A stretch of DNA of 64,000 bases from a virus: IMG/VR virus record IMGVR_UViG_3300045988_159010. One strand, written 5' to 3'. Shown here piece after piece: positions 9,600 to 18,074 of the stretch. A program made the translations under genes and the position numbers. The notes beneath the pieces are model-generated. The model was not told where the DNA came from. It saw only the letters and a program-made list of their open reading frames with translations, and did no database searches. How positions within the stretch are numbered: position 1 is the first letter of the stretch; each line of letters starts with the position of its first letter.

Positions 9600-9676
9600 T
9601 GGCGATGCTAAGGGGACTCGAACCCCTGACCTTCGGAGAGACAGTCCGACATTCTAGCCAACTGAACTATAGCACC
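9600..9676 (-). tRNA. tRNA-Asp (anticodon GUC), CCA encoded
   Basis: GGTGCTATAGTTCAGTTGGCTAGAATGTCGGACTGTCTCTCCGAAGGTCAGGGGTTCGAGTCCCCTTAGCATCGCCA. Confidence 0.65.
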
Positions 9677-9690
9677 ATATAAGAATAATT

Positions 9691-10314
9691 TTAATTATTT
9701 TCAATAAATTTCCATTTATAACCATAAGCACTTTGTCTTTTACCTAAACATACAGCGCTTATATGAGTAATATCAGGTTTATTAATAGCTCTACCTGCAC
9801 TTCCAATAGATGGAAATATATTTAAAATTTTTCCAGTTTTTTTATCACATTGAGCAACTTTTTTACCTGATTTAACTAAATTAACTTCTTGTTGAGAATA
9901 AATTTTTTCTTTTTTTTCTTTAAGAATTCTTTCTACACTATCAGAAGAAATTCCTAATTTACGAGCAGTTTCTTCAATATTTTTAATTTCTTGATAAGAA
10001 GCAATAATTAAATCATAATCAAGATACTTTTTACCATCTCCGCCTATTGTAGCATTATATCCCCATTTAAAAGAACCTAATTTTTCAATCCAATAAGTTT
10101 CTCGATTATTAGCATCATCAGTTTCTTCAATTAGTTCAATATGAAAATGTTCTACTCCATATTTTCGCATTGCTGAATATAATGGACGTTTTTCATTGCG
10201 CTCTCTAAAAGCATCTTTACAATGTTCTTTAAAACGTTTTTCAATAGAAAATTCAGTTTTACCAACATAAATTTTCTAATTTATATCATTAATAATCTAA
10301 TAAATGTATGCCAT
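9691..10314 (-). CDS. GIY-YIG homing endonuclease (about 207 aa) with two in-frame TAG codons in the GIY-YIG motif region
   Basis: AAAAAGGAG-N11-ATG; MAYIY-TAG-IINDIN-TAG-KIYVGKTEFSIEKRFKEH (GIY-YIG) continuous with track ORF 9691-10170 (YGYKWKF C-terminal domain). Confidence 0.6.
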
Positions 10315-10398
10315 AATTAAACAGCTCCTTTTTATTTACTTTATTCTACATTAGTTAAAACAAGATACACCGCGTGAAGGTTGTAGAATTTGTATCTC

Positions 10399-10471
10399 TA
10401 CTCCCAGCCGGATTTGAACCGGCGACTCCAGCGTGAAAGGCTGGTGACTTAGACCACTTGTCGATGGGAGC
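10399..10471 (-). tRNA. tRNA-Glu (anticodon UUC)
   Basis: GCTCCCATCGACAAGTGGTCTAAGTCACCAGCCTTTCACGCTGG...GCCGGTTCAAATCCGGCTGGGAGTA; loop CTTTCAC. Confidence 0.6.
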
Positions 10472-10475
10472 ATAT

Positions 10476-10643
10476 TTATTCATCAGAAATCATTTTTTCA
10501 GATTTTTCTTTTTCCTTCGCTCTATCATATTCCATGCCCTTACCTTTCTTGGCAGGCACAATTGATCTACGACGGCGGAACAGAAGATACTCGTTCAACT
10601 CTGTGCTGTCCATTTTAATTGCAGGTTTCTTAGTAGTTGCCAT
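10476..10643 (-). CDS. small basic protein (55 aa)
   Basis: TAAAGGAGATATTTGAA-ATG; MATTKKPAIKMDSTELNEYLLFRRRRS... Confidence 0.3.
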   Translation of the reverse strand: MATTKKPAIKMDSTELNEYLLFRRRRSIVPAKKGKGMEYDRAKEKEKSEKMISDE

Positions 10644-10708
10644 TTCAAATATCTCCTTTATTATTATATATATATTATATAATATTTTTTTTAAATTTTC
10701 AAATTTAT

Positions 10709-10785
10709 TGGTGCAGGATATTGGATTCGAACCAATGACCTCTTGGGTGTAAACCAAACGCTCTAACCAACTGAGCTAATCCCGC
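10709..10785 (-). tRNA. tRNA-Val (anticodon UAC), CCA encoded
   Basis: GCGGGATTAGCTCAGTTGGTTAGAGCGTTTGGTTTACACCCAAGAGGTCATTGGTTCGAATCCAATATCCTGCACCA. Confidence 0.65.
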
Positions 10786-10991
10786 ATACAGTCTATTTAA
10801 CTAAACTACCAAGAAAAATTAAATAGACCTTTATAAAAATTCCTCATTGGGTATGGAGGGTGTATTAAACTGGCTTTTACAGTAAGCCCAGTAAAATGGA
10901 CCTGCCTGACTTCCACAATAATGGTACTATCGGTCCATCTGTCCGCCTGATTTTACAGGGAGTTTATAAGATTTATACTTTTTAACTCAAA

Positions 10992-11124
10992 TGGTGCGCC
11001 AGGCGGGGATCGAACCCGCGTTGCCCTGCTTATGGTGCGGAATATTGGATTTGAACCAATACATTAAAATGCTACTTACATCAATTCCACAAAGGCAGGT
11101 GCCATACCACTTGGCCACTGGCGC
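10992..11124 (-). tRNA. tRNA-Gln (anticodon UUG) interrupted by a 58-nt tRNA-like insertion in the anticodon loop (insert about 11032-11089)
   Basis: Outer gene GCGCCAGTGGCCAAGTGGTATGGCA-CCTGC-CTTTG[insert]AA-GCAGG-GCAAC-GCGGGTTCGATCCCCGC-CTGGCGCACCA has a perfect acceptor and Gln-type D-arm; the insert GTGGAAT...TTGGTTCAAATCCAAT-ATTCCGCACCA has its own acceptor-like stem and T-arm. Confidence 0.45.
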
Positions 11125-11475
11125 ATATCGCATTTTAGAGGTTCCGGACCCTCCTGAGCAGCGTCACTCAAATAAGATTTTGCCACCTAACCTTTAAAAT
11201 CTTATCAAAAAACAAACCGGTTTTTTAGCTGAACCTTTAACTCCCTTTCCGCTTTTACTTATATGTCAAGAAACAGCCAAAGAGTAAGTATAAAAAGACA
11301 ACATATGAAGAATTTGTTTATAGACAAGCTTCAAACACTCGTCTTGCGGCCATATTATTTTATAGTCAAGTAAGTAATAACTTCAACCGCATTTCTTTAA
11401 CTTAAATAACCTTTAATAATAGTCCTATGTTAAATAATTAGTTATGGGCGACTATTATTTCCCAGCTTTAATTAA

Positions 11476-11545
11476 TCCTTCTATTGGAATTGAACCAATA
11501 CCTCTACCTCTTTCAGGCAGCATGCTTCCATTACACCAAGAAGTA
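11476..11545 (-). tRNA. tRNA-like locus, anticodon not assignable by eye
   Basis: T-arm ATTGGTTCAATTCCAAT on minus strand; acceptor 6/7; anticodon arm ambiguous. Confidence 0.3.
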
Positions 11546-11629
11546 ATATACATATGGCTTATTTACATAACGATGGAGCCACCAACCATCGAGCCTTGAT
11601 TATAGTGAGTATAGCTACTACTTCACTGT

Positions 11630-11659
11630 TGGTACCGGTGAAAGGATTCGAACCTTCAC
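11630..11659 (-). ncRNA. tRNA 3'-half fragment (T-arm plus acceptor 3' strand plus CCA) without a 5' half
   Basis: GTGAAGGTTCGAATCCTTTCAC-CGGTACCA; no complementary GGTACCG upstream. Confidence 0.25.
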
Positions 11660-11669
11660 ACCTTATATA

Positions 11670-11945
11670 TTAAATATTTTTCCAATCTTCATCAGAAATT
11701 TTTTTAATTTTTAATGACTAATAAGGTAAATCATAATTTTTACACCATTTTCTGACAGCATTATCAGAAACTTCATACATTTTCCCTATAGTTACAAATG
11801 GTGTAGTTCTAATTAATTCTTTTAAAATTTCTCTATCTGGAGATTTAGAATTTTGTCTAAATTTAGATGCACAAGATTTACATCTAATAGCTTTTAAACA
11901 TATCTCTTTTCCACAATCACAACAATAATTTTTCTTTTGAATATG
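11670..11945 (-). pseudogene. orphan C-terminal fragment of a homing-endonuclease-like DNA-binding domain (Zn finger CxxC...CxxC plus HTH), no start codon, abuts tRNA-Leu
   Basis: frame ...CCDCGKEICLKAIRCKSCASKF...MYEVSDNAVRKWCKNYDLPY-TAG-SLKIKK... begins inside the tRNA with no ATG/GTG/TTG plus RBS. Confidence 0.25.
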
Positions 11946-12030
11946 ATTGGTGCGGGATGAGGGACTCGGACCCTCACACCTGTCGGCCTCACCGTCTAAA
12001 GATGAGTTGTCTACCTATTCCAGCAATCCC
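11946..12030 (-). tRNA. tRNA-Leu (anticodon UAG), type II, CCA encoded
   Basis: GCGGGATTGCTGGAATAGGTAGACAACTCATCTTTAGACGGTGAGG...GGGTCCGAGTCCCTCATCCCGCACCA; loop TTTAGAC; 85 nt. Confidence 0.55.
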
Positions 12031-12483
12031 GCGTATTTACCGATATTTGCTCCACTATTTCCATTTTGAATTGAATGACAATTAGGACATAAAATTTGTA
12101 GATTATTTAAATCATTATCAAAATGGTTTCCATTTTTATGATGTAATTCTAAAGGTAATTTAATTCCTTGCCACATAGAAATACCACAAATTTCACATTT
12201 GTCTTTTTTCAATCCATCTTTTACTAATTTTTGTCTTAAAACAGAAGAGCTAATATACTTATGATTATCAATATAATAAATAGCTGGCTTATAACATCGA
12301 GGATTTTTATTCTATCCTTTTTTATAAGGCTATCCCTTATATTCAATATTCATTTTCTCCAAATAAGAATTTAAAGTTTCAGGTTTACAATGCAACTATT
12401 CACATATATAACGTTTAGATTTTTCTTCGTTTATCCACTAACGAATTTCTTTTTCTTTTTCTAAAATATCTGAACGAGCCATA
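12015..12483 (-). CDS. HNH endonuclease (about 155 aa) with four in-frame TAG codons; 3' end overlaps tRNA-Leu
   Basis: AAAGGAGAGATTGTT-ATG; MARSDILEKEKEIR-TAG-WINEEKSKRYICE-TAG-LHCKPE...-TAG-...-TAG-...KDKCEICGISMW...ELHHKNGNHFDNDLNNLQILCPNCH (HNH); track shows only the last 65 aa. Confidence 0.55.
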
Positions 12484-12812
12484 ACAATCTCTCCTTTCAT
12501 AATATATTAGAAATTAAAAATTATTCATTAATGGAATTGAACCAAAAAATTTTCAGTTCAATTCCATTCGCCTATGCCATTCGGCTACACCGGCTTATGG
12601 TGGAAAGAAGTATTTCACCTTTTATAGCACGCTTCTCCCCGTTCCCGTGCTACCTCTCTCCCAATTAGCTTGATTACAAGAGGATTTCATTATGAAGTTC
12701 ATCATAACTACCCGATTTCCCTTTGCCTCAGTTTATTTTTAATTGGTCTATTGCCAACGGCAGGTGACTAATCTGCCTAGTTCAAATCGGAAACCCCATG
12801 TGTAAGACCAAA

Positions 12813-12890
12813 TGGTGGGACAGGGAGGTATCGAGCCTCCATCCTTTGGTTTTTCAGACCAATGCTCCGACCTCGTAAGCTACTGTCCCA
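12813..12890 (-). tRNA. tRNA-Phe (anticodon GAA), CCA encoded
   Basis: GGGACAGTAGCTTACGAGGTCGGAGCATTGGTCTGAAAAACCAAAGGATGGAGGCTCGATACCTCCCTGTCCCACCA. Confidence 0.6.
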
Positions 12891-12920
12891 TACAAATGAG
12901 AATTTATTTCTCATTTATTT

Positions 12921-12960
12921 TGTATATATATTTTATAATATTTTTTTTAATTTTTCAATT
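12921..12960 (-). promoter_or_regulatory. copy of the recurrent AT-rich promoter-like motif (TATATATATTTTATAATATTTTTTT...) upstream of tRNA-Phe
   Basis: same about 40-bp motif as at 24348, 36089, 41538, 43975, 50881 and others. Confidence 0.45.
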
Positions 12961-13581
12961 TTTCAATTTTTCTTTAATTACAATATGCCAAGTCATATTA
13001 TTAGTATTACTTCTTTTTCTTAATTCACCAGTTGTTTTACTGATAAAATAATCAAAAGGATTAAATACTGAACAATAAGTACCAAATAAATTTTGATCAG
13101 AACAAAAAACTTTATTATTTTCTTGATAAAATGCTGTATTAAATTTTAAAAGAGTTTCTTTATCTTTAATTGGAGCCGATGAAGTGCCGCTTCTTTTGCA
13201 ATAAGGCTTTTGAATTTCAAAAGTATAATTATTAAAAAAATCATCAAAAGCCACAAGAGAAATATTATTATTATTAATAACAATAAAAGCCCCTACTTGT
13301 TTAGCTCTATAATGTTCTTTTACAAAATTTATACAAGTTTCTTCATCATTTTTACCCAAATAAATAGCTTCAGCATATGGGTTATTACTGATGGTACTTT
13401 TAGTAAATTGCCCGCATCGAGCACCATTAGTAATATCTTTTACTTCAATATAATAATTATATAAAGGAGAATAAATATCTGAAATAGTAGAATCATTACG
13501 TCCTTGGTAAACTGCATCATTATCATAGTTATTTTTAAACCATTCAAATGCTTTCTTTTCACTTTTCTCCCAATTCATCAT
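12955..13581 (-). CDS. hypothetical protein (208 aa) translationally coupled downstream of the C5-MTase; possible restriction or MTase-associated partner
   Basis: AAAGGAACAATATT-ATG; start overlaps MTase stop region; no recognisable motif. Confidence 0.4.
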   Translation of the reverse strand: MMNWEKSEKKAFEWFKNNYDNDAVYQGRNDSTISDIYSPLYNYYIEVKDITNGARCGQFTKSTISNNPYAEAIYLGKNDEETCINFVKEHYRAKQVGAFIVINNNNISLVAFDDFFNNYTFEIQKPYCKRSGTSSAPIKDKETLLKFNTAFYQENNKVFCSDQNLFGTYCSVFNPFDYFISKTTGELRKRSNTNNMTWHIVIKEKLKN

Positions 13582-14518
13582 AATATTGTTCCTTTATCCC
13601 TTTAAAAATATGAATTAACACATTTCTATCAATGGCATTGCCCAAGCAAAAACCCACTTCTCTAGGGGTTAAAACAGAACAAATCTTTTCTGCTTCTGCT
13701 TTAGTCCAACCCATTACTTTACAAATCTCAATTGGAGTAAGTTTATAAATACTATTATTACGAAGATACAAACCACCGCTTGATCCGGCTTTTCCTCCAC
13801 CAGAAGCAGTTAATGTAACTCCTTGTCCAAATATAGAATAAATTCGATTTCCTTGACCACCATTTTTATAATCACAGAGTTTTTTAGCTCCATTATAATA
13901 TGGTGTAGTAATATCACTTGGGCCATCATAACTATCAATGAAATATTCTTCGTTAATTGGCTCTAAAAAATCTTTTAAAGTAGTTTTAACATTTTCAGCT
14001 AAAGGGAAAATAAACTTTTTTAAAGGAGAAATTACTGAAACCATGAATACACGATCCCTAATAGTTGCTCCGCCATATTCATAAGCTTTTATTTTCTTCC
14101 AACTAGATACATAACCTAATTCAGCTAAACTATTAATCCACTCTTGAAATTTTGGCATAAAAGTATTATTACAAATATTGGCCACATTTTCCATTAAAAG
14201 AATTTTTGGCTTTGGAGAAGAAAGCAAGAGACGATATACCTCATAAATTAATGAAGAATTTTTTCCTTGAAAACCTTCTTGCTTCCCTGCAATAGATAAA
14301 TCAGTACAAGGGAAAGAATAAGTCCAAATATCTGCATAGGGTAAAATATCAATTTTTGTGATATCACCAAAATTATTATATTCACCATTCAAAACTTTAT
14401 ATGCTTTCAATGGTCGTTCATCAATTTCGCTAATACCTATTGATCTAATATTTGGATCAATTTTAACCAAAGCTGAAATCTATGTCCCAATTCCCGCAAA
14501 TAATTCAATAATAGTCAT
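13559..14518 (-). CDS. DNA cytosine-5 methyltransferase (Dcm-type, about 319 aa); in-frame TAG at 14480-14482
   Basis: GAGGGAAAGA-ATG; motif I ELFAGIGT-TAG-ISALV, motif IV FPCTDLSIAG, ENV motif LLMENV; track ORF truncated at TAG. Confidence 0.65.
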
Positions 14519-14573
14519 TCTTTCCCTCACTCTCTATATAATATAATAATATTTTTATTAAAAATCAAATTTA

Positions 14574-14813
14574 TTAAACTTCAGAATGACGAACAAAAAA
14601 TTCAATAAATAAACCTTCATCTTGCTTACTATCACAAAAAAGTTCCAGTTCATCGCCATGCTGACCAAGTAATGCACCAAGTGCAATATACTGTGAAAGT
14701 GCAGATTTCATATTGTATCTATCGCCCTGCGGACTAACCAGCCATACATTACTATGAGCACGATTAACTGCTGAAATAAAATCTTCAACCTGCTTAATAT
14801 TTGTCAACTTCAT
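14574..14813 (-). CDS. hypothetical protein (79 aa)
   Basis: ORF, moderately GC-richer than surroundings. Confidence 0.4.
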   Translation of the reverse strand: MKLTNIKQVEDFISAVNRAHSNVWLVSPQGDRYNMKSALSQYIALGALLGQHGDELELFCDSKQDEGLFIEFFVRHSEV

Positions 14814-14829
14814 TATTTTAATTCCTTTC

Positions 14830-14988
14830 TATTGGAATATGGTGCTCCCGTCGGGATTTGAACCCACATCTGGCGATTTGGCCCAAAATGTTAGATTTGA
14901 ACTTACATCTTTCTTGCGCATAAACTATTTTACCATTTAAACTAATTTTGGATAAGTCGCCGGCTCTGACCAATTGAGCTACGAGAGC
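14830..14988 (-). tRNA. tRNA (Ile-like, anticodon UAU if spliced as CTTAT...AA) interrupted by about 73-nt insertion (about 14879-14951) in the anticodon loop
   Basis: GCTCTCGTAGCTCAATTGGTCAGAGCC-GGCGA-CTTAT[insert CCAAAAT...ATTTTGG]AA-TCGCC...GTGGGTTCAAATCCCGACGGGAGCACCA; insert has terminal 7-bp inverted repeat and an internal GTTCAAATC T-loop-like motif. Confidence 0.4.
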
Positions 14989-15079
14989 ATTTATTTAATT
15001 TCTTATTGATTACTTATATATTATATTATATTTTTTTAATTTTTTCAAATTAAGAAATTTACCCAAGACTTTTTATACT

Positions 15080-15154
15080 TGGCTCCAAGGAAGGAATTTG
15101 AATCCTTATTTTCAGAATTAACTCTGATGAATTATCCAGTTATTCGACCACGGA
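15080..15154 (-). tRNA. tRNA-like gene with palindromic anticodon arm TCAGAGTTAATTCTGA (possible UAA-anticodon Leu or degenerate)
   Basis: T-arm AGGATTCAAATTCCT, CCA encoded, acceptor 6/7; anticodon loop apparently 6 nt. Confidence 0.3.
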
Positions 15155-15260
15155 AAAAAGTTTAAGTTGCTGTAAAAGCCTTTCTCTTTTCATATAAATA
15201 TTATATAATATTTTTTATTAAAAATCAAATAATTATTTTATTCAAACAAGACTTATTTGG

Positions 15261-15345
15261 TTTGGTTCCGCTGGGTTTAACCGCTTCCCTACCTCCGCCA
15301 TATAGTGGTGGGGAGGGCAGGATTCGAACCTGCGTAGCATTCGCG
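15261..15345 (-). ncRNA. rearranged tRNA halves: a 3'-half (T-arm plus CCTCCCCACCA) lies upstream of a 5'-half-like segment (GGCGGAGGTAGGGAAGCGGTTAAACCC)
   Basis: T-arm GCAGGTTCGAATCCTGC plus CCA at 15306-15333 with no 5' partner; 5'-half-like sequence on the wrong side. Confidence 0.2.
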
Positions 15346-15423
15346 ACGGATTTACTGTCCATTTCTTTGCTGTTAAAGTCTTTATTTTCTTTATTTTGTA
15401 TATATATTATATATTAATTTTTA

Positions 15424-16125
15424 TTAAATATCAAATTTATAAATTTTTTCTTGTGAATGATTATCAATAATTTCAATTAATTCATTAAGATAATTTTTAT
15501 TTTCTGCAACTTTATCAATTTCAATAGCTAAATTTAAAGCTGTATAACTAAAAGAGAGCTATTCTTTAATTCCAGGAATTTTTTTTATTTCTTCAGTAAA
15601 TTGCTATAAATTACTTTTATTCAAATAAAAATTTCCCAACAATAAAAATAAATTAGTTTTACCATTAATTAAAAAATAAATCTAATCTAAAATTTTCCAA
15701 AATTGTTTATCTATTTTTTTAAAATTATTAAATAGTAATTTTAAACAATAATTTATATAACTAATATTTTGTTCAAAATTAAAATTATTAAAATCAGTGT
15801 ATATTAACTAATTATCAAAATTATAATTATTATTAATAATCTACAATAATAATTTATATCTATTAATAAAAATTTTATCTTGAATTTCCATAATTTTATA
15901 TAATTCTATACCTTTATATTGTTTTAATATATCTTTATGTAAAATATACTTTTGAAATAAATATTCATAAATAGATAAAATCTAAATATCCATATCATAT
16001 TTTTGAAAGTTTATATTTTTATAATCACTTATACAAAATAAAATATTATTTTGTATAAGATACATATAATATATTTTACAATTATATATATTTTCAATAA
16101 ATGTTTTTAAATTATAATGGTTCAT
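15424..16125 (-). CDS. Asn/Ile/Lys-rich hypothetical protein (about 233 aa) with at least 7 in-frame TAG codons; last gene of the rSAM cassette
   Basis: continuous frame MNHYNLKTFIENIYNCKIYY...KYDMDI-TAG-ILSIYEY...IEIIDNHSQEKIYKFDI-TAA only if TAG is sense; start assignment uncertain. Confidence 0.35.
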
Positions 16126-16762
16126 TCCTACCAGTTCCACTACATGTGCCAGTACAACTTGTGCATAATCCAGAACAACTTCCTCCACACAATCCAGTAC
16201 AATCGTTAGCACAATGTCTTGTACAGCTACCGCTGCATCCGCTACACCCAGTCTGGCATCCACCTGAGCAAGAACCACTGCATCCATCACAACTGCCACT
16301 ACAACTGCTTCGACATCCGCCTCTGCAAGTGTTTTGGCAGCCTCCTTGGCAAGTATTCTTACAACTGCCTAAACAAGTTCCCTGACATTGTACTCCACAA
16401 CTTTCACTACAACTAGTAGAACATAATCCAGTGCAATAAGCTGAACATCCAGTATTCGAATCAGTTAATCCCATAGCTTGATAAGCTGTAATTTTTGCCT
16501 CTAATGTACTTAAATCATCATCTTTAATAACATTTATATTTTCATTCTGATTTTCAATATTTATTGCCGCCATAGGTTCTACCAGTTTTGTTATATGTTC
16601 TTTTGAAATAACTTTTCCATTATTAGGCTAAGTAGTATAATCATAAGAAGTCCCTCCATATGAACTTACACTACCTATATATTTACGACGTAAACATTCA
16701 GCCTTTATTTTTTTCTTTAATTCATTGAATCTATCAGAAGTTATTGTCGTGCCTATTTTCAT
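16112..16762 (-). CDS. Cys-rich repeat protein (about 216 aa): about 100-aa N-domain followed by about 28 tandem CxxxC repeats; one in-frame TAG (about 16631)
   Basis: AAGGAGGCAATGACAA-ATG; ...GGTSYDYTT-TAG-PNNGKV...CSAYCTGLCSTSCSESCGVQCQGTCLGSC...CTGTCSGTGRNEPL; immediately downstream of rSAM/SPASM gene. Confidence 0.55.
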
Positions 16763-18074
16763 TTGTCATTGCCTCCTTTATTATATTATATTCATCCTAA
16801 GAGATAATTTTTAATGCTTTTTCCATATCTCCATTAAATTTAAATCGTTTATTCGAGTTTATTTTTTTTAAAATAGAATTTAAATAATATAAAGAAGCTA
16901 GAACTATAGCATAATGCATATCACAAATATAAGTAACTCTTTTATTAACATTACCTGTTTCTTGATAATTATAAGCTGTACACCAAGAGCATCCTCCAGA
17001 AATTTCACAATCTAAACATTTTTGAGGAGATTGACTAATAACTGTTATTTCAGATAAATCTTTTAATCTATTGATGGTTAAATTATCTTGGCCTATTCCC
17101 TAATAAATATCTCCAATATAATATTCTGGCTGATTACTTATGCTATCTTCCATATAACGTAAACAGGGATAATATTTACCTTTCCAATTTAAGGCTAACA
17201 TACGACCATTCCCGCCGCACCAATTATCATTAGATAAATTTTTACTTCCATCATTAATATAAAAAATAGATAAATAAACTTTATCCCACAAATCATTATT
17301 TAATAAATAATCAGCAATTTTTTTTAACTAATAATATAATGTAGTGGCATGGTTAAGTTCCCAACCTTTTTCATACACACAATTTAGATTGATTTGACTA
17401 TAACCATTGTTTATCATTTCTAAAACAGCGTCATATAAATAATCTATATTAAATGGAGAGATAGTCATTTTACTCCCGATCCATTTGTTATAATTATGGC
17501 TATAATGTAATGCGGCGGACAATGCTTTATCATAACTACCACTACCATCAGGGAAAACTCTACAAGCATCATGTAATTTTTTATTTCCATCAATAGAAAT
17601 TGATAAACTTAAATTTTCATTATTTTTTTTAATATACTCTTGTACTTTTGGTTCAAAATATAAAATACCATTAGAACTAATTGAAATTTTATATTTAGTG
17701 ACCCAAGGATGCCGCAATTCAATCATTTTATTAATAAAATAATCAGTAATCTAATCAATTAATTCAATTTCTAAAAATGGCTCTCCACCTATAAATTCTA
17801 TTACTACTCCTGGTATTTTATAAGAGTCAATATAATTAATAACTTTACTGTCTCTTGTTAGTATCTAATCAATCATCTATTTAGCTGTATTAAAGGATAA
17901 TTTATGTTTTCCTTTATGTCCTTGATAACAATAAACACAATTTAGACAACAATCATCTGTAACCTAAAAAGTTAATGTAAATACAGCCTAAGAATTTAAG
18001 CAATCATTAGAATATAAACGACTTATAAAATCAGAAAATTCTTCAGGAATATTAACTATCTTAGGAAATAACAT
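16735..18074 (-). CDS. radical SAM enzyme with SPASM-type C-terminal domain (about 446 aa), about 8 in-frame TAG codons
   Basis: GAGGTAAATATTG-ATG; CxxxCxxC at VTDDCCLNCVYCYQGH; ISISSNG...SISIDGNKKLHD core; C-terminal Cys cluster CGGNGRMLALNWKGKYYPCLRYMED...CLDCEISGGCSWCTAYN; track shows three separated fragments joined only by reading TAG as sense; ends TGA at 16735. Confidence 0.65.

Noticed and set aside
7300-15400. tRNA cluster as a host tRNA locus marking a prophage attachment site
   Set aside because: The tRNAs share the phage strand and AT-rich promoter motifs. They are interleaved with phage homing endonucleases and many are non-canonical. There are no host housekeeping genes or integrase nearby. 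This is a phage-encoded tRNA array.
15982-16573. Track ORFs 15982-16299 (-) and 16101-16385 (+) overlapping the Cys-rich repeat gene
   Set aside because: They are alternative-frame read-throughs of the GC-richer Cys-codon repeat region. The -1 frame of TGT/TGC repeats yields long open frames. Only the frame giving the CxxxC protein has an RBS and sits downstream of the rSAM gene.
16735-16745. TGA (or TAA) also being recoded
   Set aside because: Every re-joined gene terminates at TAA or TGA exactly where homologous domains end (for example rSAM at TGA 16735, fibre at TAA 1108, MetK at TAA). Short ORF-overlap arrangements (TAATG, ATGA) are typical real stops. There is no evidence for read-through of these.
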